A stretch of DNA of 44,342 nt, the filler included, from Jimgerdemannia flammicorona (lineage: Eukaryota), in NCBI GenBank assembly GCA_003990765.1. It is 2 parts of 2 records of this genome, joined end to end, with 100 filler letters (N's around TTAATTAATTAA, not from the genome) between each part and the next. Parts side by side here need not be neighbours in the genome. Positions count along the whole stretch, not along the records: positions 1 to 22,122 come from RBNJ01001332.1; 1 more part is not named here. One strand, written 5' to 3'. Under the pieces are notes generated by a model. The model was not told the DNA's origin and searched no databases. It was given only the letters and a program-made list of their open reading frames with translations. Both the position numbers and the translations under genes were made by a program. Below, piece after piece: positions 12,687 through 22,222 of the stretch; the first letter of the stretch is position 1; each line of letters starts with the position of its first letter.

Positions 12687-13480
12687 TGTAATAGAACGAA
12701 CAGATGGGACGCGACAAGACGAATGATCACGTGACATGGCGATGACGTCATCATACAATCGAGCGCGGCATATGAATAACGAATGATGCGAAACGATGCG
12801 GAAAACGATATCCAGCTTATCCCCAATAATCAGTGCCACAGCAACAGTTGCCACAGCTGCTGATCATTGCCTAGTAATTGAGGTCCTGATCACAAAGATA
12901 TTCTTTACCAAAAACCACCTGACAAAGGTCACGATCACAAACCTCATTATAGTTACCAAATTAGTCACTCATACTTAGTCAGAAATCGTGGACCAACTTG
13001 TATAAATACCCCCCAGTTTCCATCCGAAATAAAGCAGTTTTAGTTCAGTCCTTGATACCAGAATCAAGTTTCCCCTACATACACACATTCCCCTGAGTCT
13101 TAGTAATGACATCTAAGTGACTCTAGTGTTTCTGACTAAACTCCAGAAGCCTAGCTAACTTCTATCAGAACTGAGACCGGTATATAAATCCCCAAAGACT
13201 TAAGTAAACCCATTGAACCTGAATTCTAAGGCGAATTCAGTCTGTGCACAGCAAAGAACAAGATCCTCGAAATAGGGCACAAGAGAAAGACCTTTGAAAC
13301 AGAAGGCAAACCAGAGAAAGACCTTTGAAAGATAAGGCACTGCCACTATAACTACTTTAAGCGAGTGCTTCCTCAAACTGAAGGCTTCTTGGTACACATT
13401 GTATACTAAGTCCCTAAGTAATAGTCCACTTCTCTAATTATCCAAAGGATAAGAGAGGGGTAGAAGTGAGAGTTATTACA
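12687..13480 (+). repeat. 5' LTR of Gypsy B (794 bp)
   Basis: TGTAATA...TATTACA termini. Retains CACGTG and TGACGTCA motifs near its start. TATAAATA at 13001-13008. Confidence 0.97.
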
Positions 13481-13482
13481 AT

Positions 13483-13494
13483 TGGTAGCAGTGG
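13483..13494 (+). other. Primer binding site, initiator-Met-tRNA-like
   Basis: TGGTAGCAGTGG 2 nt after the LTR. TGG-T-AGC fits the A1:U72 acceptor stem of eukaryotic tRNAi-Met. Confidence 0.65.
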
Positions 13495-14369
13495 TTTACT
13501 AGCCAAGAAGGCACCAAAGAACACACTCCTGAAGTTGGAACAAGACCAATCTTGGACAGGAGTAACCCCCAGAACCAACTGTGGATCCTCAAAACAGAGC
13601 CAGAGAAGCCCTTACCATTAGGACCAGATAGTACCAGGAAACCACAGACACAGAGATCTGCCAGCTTGTAATTGACCAGACTTACAGAGATCTATACCAG
13701 GCCTTTAGGACATACCACCCAGGACTTAGGAATATTGTTAGCCACCGTAGGTTCTACAAACTCCTCCAAGGACACATTGGAACCACTAGGACCCCAGAAT
13801 CTACTACTGCAGCCACCCAGGATTTTTTAGATTATATTACACCCTCTGCTGCAAGAGAAGCAGCTGCCGAGTGGATTGTCTCTGACAGGTATCATCATAC
13901 ACCAACCAAGACCTCCCTCTACTACAGGCTAGTTGTATACTACACCTCTGCTATAACTAGGTATAAGAACGAGCAAGCAGACCACCCATCCCCTACTGCT
14001 GAACAAGGAGCAGGTCCATCTACCTAGCCAGGGACTGATATTCTCTTTGAAGGACCTAGTCAGTACAAGGATGCACTATCTCATCAGGGAAGGGAGTCAG
14101 ACGAAGACTCTACAGATTACCAGTCTGATAATAGTCAACGAGGAACAGCAGACCTAGGAATTTACCAAGGGATCATAGGTCAAGAAGATCAGACCCCAGA
14201 ACCAACTCAGCCACCTATACAGCAATTTGGTTTACCCTCTCTCACAGGACTCTTTGACTTAATATCTGGGAACCAAGTAACCCCAAGTCATACAGCACCA
14301 CAACCCCATCAAGCAGAACAATCTTCAGGAGAATCTACCCCAACAGGCCCACTACCACTAGTCAATACA

Positions 14370-17300
14370 ATGGTAGATGTTAACATTGCAGCACTGACCA
14401 CCCAGCTAGCAGCACTAGCAGGGATAGTAGGACAGATTGCTGAACAGAACAAACCAACTAAGACCTTGCAAATTCCAACATTCAGTGGAAAAAACAGTGA
14501 CATCGAAAACTTCATCAATGCAGTTAATACAGGCTACCAAGCAAACCAATGGAATGACAACCAAGTACCTATAGGAATGCTCACCAACAACCAGAACAGC
14601 ACCCTTCAACAGCTGTTTGCCACATCAGCAGCACAAGTAGAAACAGTAGCCACATTCTTCACTGGAATAGCAGCCGAATTCTGGCAAACCTTGGAACAAT
14701 ACTCAGTAATCTGGGAAGCCTGCCCTCAAGTCAATGGACAAGTACCTGGAAACAATAGACCAGGTTGGGATGACTACGAAGCAGGCCCAGGACTCAAGGC
14801 CTTACTACTGATCAAATTCCGAAATGCAGCCTACATATAAGAAACTTGGAACAAACTGTCCCAGATGAAGTTCCACAAGAATGGCAAAGAAGATCTAGAG
14901 ACCTTTGCCACCAGAATGGATGCATATCTCAAAATGGTTGGACTTACCTATCAGGAAAACAATTTAGCCATCAATGGTACCAGAGCTAATCATCTCTTTG
15001 CAGCCCTACCAGACTGGCTCACCCAGAAGATCAAGGAACAAGGTCTTCCTCAAGGATGTCCCCACTACTCATGATGCTTTGCCCAAGTACAAAGAAGAGC
15101 CCACAAAATCCTTGCTGCACAAGCTCCACAAAATCAAGAACACAAGAAGGATAACCAAGATAGAAGAAATCCTACCAGGAGAAATGATCAAAGGAATGAC
15201 CAATGATATGATCAAAGATATGATCAAAGGAACCAGCGAAACCCCAGAGGACCCAGACCTCCCACTGAGGATGAGAAGAAGCAGCTCCATGAAAAAGGAT
15301 TGTACTTCATCTGTAAGAAGGCAGGACACATCTCAGTCAAATGCCCCAAGAAGAGAAACAGATCAGGCGAACCTAGTAACCAGAACATTACTGTCATTGG
15401 AGAAGGTCCAGGAAAGAAGAACCCCAAGAATGTCATCAAAGTATAGAAGATATGGTACAAGGCTACTATCCCCACTAAGGCCCACCCAACTGATGCTGGA
15501 TATGATCTCTACAGCAGCCAAGACCTCACCATCCCACCAAGCACTAATGCTACAGTGTGAACAGGAATTGCAATGCAAGCTCCCAAAGGAACATACATCT
15601 GCCTTGCTGAGCAAAGTAGCCTAGCCAAAGAGTTCAACATTGGGCTAGGCAGAGGAGTAGTTGACCAAGGATTTACTGGTGAAATTCGTGTCATCTTGCA
15701 AAATTTTGGAGATACCTCATTTGAAGTCAAAACAGGCCAAAGGATTGCCCAAGCAATCATTGAAGAAATCCACCAAGATCTCACTATTGAAGAAGTCCCC
15801 AAACTCTCCCAGACAGACCAAGACAAGAAAGGGTTTGGATCTACCAACAAACCTCCCAGTCAAAAGGTCACTACCATGAAGGAAGATGATGAAAACTGGT
15901 ATAAGAGAATTGCAGATGGTTATGCACCATGTGGACAATGCCCTCATTCCATTTGAATGTACTGTATGGAACATGTTGGTGAATGCCATGCATGCCTCTC
16001 CAAAGTTTTCAAAATTCAATCTGAGAAGCACCAAGCTCAACAGACTGAGGAACTCAAACAAGACAACCCTCCTTGTGAAGGATGGGGAGAAACTGACTTC
16101 GAGGAGACTGACAGCAATTGGGACAACAATGAGGATGAAGAGCTCAATACCATCAAGAAGGAGGATAGTTGCATCAAGTTCACAGGCCAAGTCCACAGAA
16201 AAAATGTCAATGTCTTGCTTGATAGTGGTGCTACTGAAAACTATATCAGTACCAAGACTGCTAAGAGGATTGGAGCCTGAAGCAGACCAACTACTAAGAA
16301 AAGAAGTATTACCTTTGGTGATGGAAAGACTGCACCATTGACCAAGATCTGTGAAAACCTTTTGCTCAAGATTGGCAAATATCAAGAGAAGTTGGACTTC
16401 AGCATTGTAGACCTCCCAGAACAAGACATTATCTTAGGAAAAGCCTGGTTGACCCAGCACAACCCAGACATCAACTGGAGAACCAATGAGGTTAACCTGA
16501 CCCATGAAGGCAGGAAGATCACCCTGACACCCCAGGAAGGTACCAACCACCAAGGAATTGAAATCATCTCTGCCATTCAAATAAAGAGACTATCTCGAAA
16601 AAAGGGAAACACCTACTTCATCTGTATAGTACAAGAAGTCACTGAAGCTACAAGTAGCCCAATTTTAACAGAAGCTCAAGAACTGTTTGAAGAATTCCAA
16701 GATGTATTCCAAGATCCTCAAGGACTCCCACCCAAGTGCCAAATCCAACATGGAATTGATCTTATCCCAGGATCTGAACCCCCATATAAGAGTATCTACC
16801 AACTAGCCCAACCTGAGCTCAAGACCCTCAAGGATGAATTGACCAAACTACTAGCCCAAGGATACATTGAACCCAGCCACTCTCCATTTGGAGCCCCCAT
16901 TCTATTTGTCAAGAAGAAGAATGGCTCTCTGCAAATGTGTATTGACTACAGAGCCCTCAACAAGATCACTATCAAGAATCGGTATGCCTTGCCCAGGATT
17001 GATGAGTTGCTATACCAAATCTTCAAGGCCAAGACCTTTTCTCTACTGGATTTGCGAAATGGCTACCACCAGATTCTCATTGATGAGAAGGACATTGAGA
17101 AGACAGCTTTCCAAACATGGTTTGGACACTACCAGTTCCGAGTCATGCCTTTTGGATTGACCAATGCACCAGCAACATTCCAGTATCTGATGAATGACAT
17201 CTTTGGACCACTCCTCAACATCTGTATCCTTGTGTATATTGATGATATACTAATCTACAGTGAGACAGTAGAGCTACACTACACCCATCTCAGACAAGTA

Positions 17301-19561
17301 CTGACCCTCCTGTGAGAATACCAGCTCTATGCCAAAATGAGCAAATACAAGTTCTACCAAGACCAGATTGAATATCTGGGACACATCATCTCTGCTGAAG
17401 GTATCAATGTGGACCCCCGAAAGGTATCAGCCCTTAAGGATATCCCTATCCCTACTACCCTCAAGCTACTCCAGTGCTTTCTGGGTATTGCCGGTTATTA
17501 CTAAAGGTTTATCCAAGGATACTCTGCTATTGTAGCTCCATTAACCAGTCTGGCCCACAAAGGAGTAAACATCAAAGCTGAATGGACCCCCAAATGCACC
17601 CTGGCTATAGACCACCTCAAGAGACTCCTTACTGAGGCCCCAGTACTAATTGCACCTGACCCTATCAGACCATTCACTCTGACTACAGATGCCTCTGATA
17701 TTGCTATTGGAGCAGTACTCAGTCAAGAAGACCACCCAGGGGCCTACCTCTTCCAAAAGCTCAAACCAGCTAAGACCCGGTATACCACCCATGAGAAGGA
17801 ACTCCTGGCTATTGTCACTGCACTCCAGGAATGGCACTATTTCCTCCTAGGACAGCCATTTGTGGCCTACACTGATCACCATGCACTGCGGTATATTCAC
17901 ACACAGCCTATACTGACCCACAGACAAGCCTGCTGGATGGAAATCATTGCCAACTTTGATATGGAAATCAAGTATATCCTAGGCAAAACCAACCGTGTGG
18001 CTGATGGTTTCTCCAGGTACATGGAAGATGAACTTGTCTTCATGGTTGAAGTAATTGGAGACCTTACCCAAATGATCAAGGATGGCTACCAGCAAGACAG
18101 CCCTCTGATGAATTTCCTTCAATTCTGCCAAGACCCAGAGGCTGAGGTTCCAGAACCCATGAGGCAAATGGCCAAGAGATTCACCTACTGTGATGGACTT
18201 ATCTACAGAGACCATGATAGAGTAGTTGTACTCAACAATGATACTCTGCGACTCAAAATCATGCAGGAACTCCATGATACTCCTGCAGCAGGACACTTTG
18301 GTTTTGAAAAGACCTACAATCTCCTCTCAAGAGAGTTCTACTGGCCAAAGATGACCAAGGATATCAAAGACTTTGTGGCCTCATGCAAGATGTGCCAAAG
18401 GTTCAAAAGTGGTAATAAGCTACCAGCAGGACTCCTGCAACCCTTGCCTATCCCGAGTCACAATTGGGACCAGATTGCAATGGACTTCATTGTCCAACTC
18501 CCCAAGACCAAGGCAGGATGGGATGCCATCATAGTATTCATGGACTGCCTAAGTAAACAAGCCCATTTTGTACCCACCAAGACTACTGCTACAGTACTAG
18601 AGATTGCCGAGATTTCCTCAATCAAGTATTCAGGCTATATGGTATGCCTAGCACTATTGTATCTGACTAAGACACCAAGTTCACAAGTAACTTCTGGAAG
18701 GCATTTTTCTCCCTCCATGGAACCAAGCTGAAGTTCTCTACTGCCTACTACCCTCAGACTGACAGTCAAACCGAGAGAACAAACAGGACTCTCAAATAGA
18801 TGCTTAGCATCTTCTGCTGTTACAAGCAAAATGATTGGGACAAGTACCTAGCTCATGCTGAGTTTGCCTATAACAACAGTCAGCAAATCTCCACAAAGAA
18901 GACTTCATTCTTCCTGAACCATGGTCAACACTCAAGGACCCCAAGTACTACCATGAAATCAGCAGTCCCAGCAGCCCAAGATCTGGCCGAGACCATTTCT
19001 GACCTTACCCAAATGACAAGAGATGCTCTCATAGAAGCACAAGACTACCAGACCAAGTACACGAACTTGAAGCAAAGAGAAGCCTCCTACAATATTGGTG
19101 ACAAAGTTATGCTTAGAACAGACCACCTCCACTCAGACACCCTGGCACAACAACCAGCCAAGAAACTCCATGCTAGAAGAATTGGACCATATAAGATTGT
19201 GGAAAAAATCAGCAAAGTAAACTACAAGTTGCAACTTCCCCACAATATCCGAGTACACCCAGTATTCCATATCAGTCAATTGGTGGACTACCATGAGAAC
19301 CCATTCCCCAAGCATACAGTTCTACCACCACTCCCAATTAGGATCAATGATCATGAGGAATTCGAAATTGAGGAAGTACTTGACCACAAGGTCCGCAAAT
19401 ATCCCAAAACAGTCAAGTGCTTTTTCCTGATCAAGTGGAAGGGTTACCCCACCCATGATGCCACCTGGGAAAAAGAAGAAGTCCTGAATAATACATGCGA
19501 AGCCCTCCAGGACTACATGGAAATACTCACCCCCCAGCAAAGGAAGGAACTACAGCTCTAA
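14370..19561 (+). pseudogene. gag-pol: Gypsy B single-frame gag-pol: capsid, CCHC knuckle, dUTPase, Cys cluster, protease, RT, RNase H, integrase, chromodomain
   Basis: ORF pieces starting at 14370, 14865, 15573, 15957, 16338 and 17862 share one frame, with one frameshift near 18615. Motifs: IPTFSG, (C>Y)FICKKAGHISVKC, LLDSGATENYI, YIDD, TDASD, GHFG..C..CQ, DFIVQLP, GPY, FEIEEVLDH..KWKGYP..ATWE. Confidence 0.95.
15435..15845 (+). pseudogene. dut: Trimeric-type dUTPase domain between nucleocapsid and protease (Gypsy B)
   Basis: All five motifs in order: AGYDL, QSSLA (decayed RSGLA), GVVDQGFTGEI, GQRIAQ, KKGFGST. Confidence 0.93.
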
Positions 19562-20136
19562 GCATAGGAGCACACAGCGAGCAGAAGGGTACCACATATT
19601 TTTAACTGGAAACATATAATATCAAACATTACAGAGAAAAAGGAACATTATGGATAACTAACAAGAAGATACCTGAGCAAAAGAACAATCTAGTACAGTA
19701 TAGCAAAACACATTTGAACAACTCCATTTCACGCCATCTGTGTCATCTCCACTGGATGATGACAGACACTTCATGTAAAACTTAGGAAAGCCGACAATGT
19801 TGAAACCAGTCTAAGTCCATCCACGTGACAGATATTGTTACTAGGAATTGCCTCGGATTATAAAAAAAGTCTATTTCCAAGAGGTTCAAACCCCCAGCCA
19901 TGACAATGGGAGCCCTCACCCTAGACAAAGATGGCCAGTCCTCGCAAATGCACCAACCAGACAAAAAAAAAGTGGACCAAGACCTATTAACCCTGTGTAA
20001 CCACAACTACGGGTGACGAGATCTTTAAAATCAGAATTTTCTCATGTGACCAGCATATGCTCCACTTACAGCAACAGGTCATGCATTTGGTCAGAAAGTG
20101 TGACCAAAGGAAGGTCACATCAGACAGGTGAATAAG

Positions 20137-20144
20137 TATAAATA
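20137..20144 (+). promoter_or_regulatory. Putative internal TATA box for the accessory ORF
   Basis: GTATAAATACCC, the same core as the LTR TATA, ~65 nt before ATG 20208. Conserved in copy A (7979). Confidence 0.5.
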
Positions 20145-20207
20145 CCCAAGGCAAGAATACCCCACAACTCTCATTCCCCTCTTCTCACAAAGAAAAGACA
20201 GACAAGA

Positions 20208-21038
20208 ATGCCTGCCACCTGCCGCCAAACTGCCCGCCATAGTCAGCCCCTTCCAAGCCAGGTTGACCACCTCTTTGGACACATCCAGATTGCTATCCAA
20301 GGAAGGAACTGCCGCTCAGAGGCTCTTAATCTCTCCAGCCCAGACCTAGGACAGTATGTCCTTGACTGCCATGAAATTATTGAAATGGCCTACCTCGCTA
20401 CCAGCCACCTAGAAATCTGGTATGAATATGAAATCAGTAACCAGCTTCTCCAACATACAAGTGGCCTACCCACAGACCAGGTCTCTGACTGGACTCACCT
20501 AGACAGGCACGAGCAAAGACTTGCCAAAAAGGTCCATCAAATCATATGCCATACACCCTTCATGATCCCCAACCTCAACTACATATAACTGAAGGACTTC
20601 CAGAACCTCTCTTTCCCTGAGGTCGATGCCCTAGAAGTCAAGGTCACCCAAGAAGCCAACTCCTGGATTGCCCTCAAGTCTACTGACTGCGAACCCTACT
20701 GGAGCCCTCTCCTGAATGACAACCCTGACCAATGGCTCCAAGGCCTCTCTGACCTCTTTGAAGGACCACCTATCCGAATGGATATTCCCAGGCATGAAGA
20801 TCAAGAGCCCTACTTGGATGGCCCCAACCGCATCAGATGGAGAACCCCTACACTAGCACCTATTCTAATGCAAGAACCATTTGCAGACCTCATTGACTTC
20901 TCCATCCTGGATGGTGAGCCATCTGCAACCACCACCCCCTCTGCCTCTGAAGAAGATGGTAATAACCCTGAGGAGGATTCCCCACCTTTCTCTCCCCTGG
21001 TTCTCAATTTCTCAATCAACAAGGATGTTGATTTCTAA
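20208..21038 (+). pseudogene. Accessory 3' ORF (ORF3, 276 codons) of Gypsy B, unknown function
   Basis: ORFs 20208-20588 and 20778-21038 are in one frame, broken only by TAA 20586 (CAA in copy A). The stop codon overlaps the PPT. Confidence 0.8.
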
Positions 21039-21049
21039 GGAGAGAAGGA
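21037..21049 (+). other. Polypurine tract, Gypsy B
   Basis: AAGGAGAGAAGGA directly before the 3' LTR. Confidence 0.9.
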
Positions 21050-21842
21050 TGTAATAGAATGAACAGATGGGACATGACAAGATGAACGATCACATGACCC
21101 GGCGATGATGTCATCATATGATCGAGTGCAGCATATGAATAACGAATAATGCAAAATGATGCGGAAAATGATATCCAGCTTATCCCCAATAATTGGCACC
21201 ACAGCAATAGTTACCACAGCTGCTAATCATTGTCTAATAATTGAGGTCCTGATCATAAAGATATTCTTTACCAAAAACCATCTGACAAAGGTCGTGATCA
21301 CAAACCTCATTATAGTTACCAAATTAGTCACTCATACTTAGTCAGAAATTGCAGATCAACTTGTATAAATACCCCCCAGTTTCCATCTGAAATAAAGCAG
21401 TTTTAGTTCAGTCCTTGATATAAGAATCAAGTTCCCCCCACACACACACATTCCCCTGAGTCTTAGTAATGACATCTAAGTGACTCTAGTGTTTCTGACT
21501 AAACTCCAAAAGCCTAGCTAACTTCTACCAGAACTGAGACCGGTATATAAATCCCCAAAGACTTAAGTAAACCCATTGAACCTGAATTCCAAGGCGAATT
21601 CAGTCTGTGTATAGCAAAGAACAAGAGCCTCAAAATAGGGCACAAGAGAAAGACCTTTGAAACAGAAGGCAAACCAGAGAAAGACCTTGAAAGATAAGGC
21701 ACTGCCGCTACAACTACTTTAAGCAAGTGCTTCCTCAAACTGAAGGCTTCTTGGTACACATTGTGTACTAAGTCCCTAAGTAATAGTCCACTTCCCTAAT
21801 TATCCAAAGGATAAGAGAGGGGTAGAAGTGAGAGTTATTACA
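21050..21842 (+). repeat. 3' LTR of Gypsy B (793 bp)
   Basis: Direct repeat of 12687-13480. Differences are mostly CpG transitions. Confidence 0.97.
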
Positions 21843-22122
21843 CAACTCTACATACTTCTTCCAAGCCTTTGTCCTCTGCTCTACTACTCCACTCATCTCC
21901 TCCAGAGCTTCCAACAGATCCTCTTCCTCCTCTTCACTCCCTTTCACCCTCAACATCTTGCAAATGAAGGCTCCCCACAATATCACTGATGGCCAGTCAC
22001 TTATCTTCCCTGTGGCCTCCCTCCCAGCCTAATCCTGATATCAACATTCTCAGTCCTAAAAGTAGTCCCCTCTCACATCTGGAACCCAATATTAACCACA
22101 TTACCATACTCTGCCATCACCT
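21843..22122 (-). mobile_element. LINE-2 ORF1, continuation beyond Gypsy B
   Basis: Homologous to LINE-1 3722-4000 (WGA..KMLRVKGSEEEEEDLLE). Confidence 0.9.
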
Positions 22123-22222
22123 NNNNNNNNNNNNNNNNNNNNNNNNNNNNNNNNNNNNNNNNNNNNTTAATTAATTAANNNNNNNNNNNNNNNNNNNNNN
22201 NNNNNNNNNNNNNNNNNNNNNN
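22123..22222. other. Assembly spacer: 44 N + TTAATTAATTAA + 44 N
   Basis: Exactly 100 nt with a linker giving stops in all six frames. The flanks are unrelated elements. Confidence 0.95.

Larger units (their letters stand above)
12687..21842 (+). mobile_element. Gypsy B: full-length Ty3/Gypsy chromovirus with dUTPase and accessory ORF, inactivated by point mutations
   Basis: Two LTRs, 5-bp TSD CAACT (12682-12686 / 21843-21847), PBS, PPT, gag-dUTPase-PR-RT-RH-IN-CHD. LINE-2 ORF1 rejoins across the insertion. Confidence 0.97.

Noticed and set aside
19562..20130. Another ORF between chromodomain and ORF3 (also 7444-7970)
   Set aside because: Copies A and B differ by single-base indels and no frame is consistently open. 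Treated as non-coding spacer/promoter.
20208..21038. env gene
   Set aside because: No signal peptide, transmembrane helix or furin/fusion-peptide pattern is visible.
22123..22222. TTAATTAATTAA palindrome within Ns as a biological site, and linkage of the two halves
   Set aside because: It is a symmetric 100-nt artificial six-frame-stop spacer. The true distance between the contigs is unknown.
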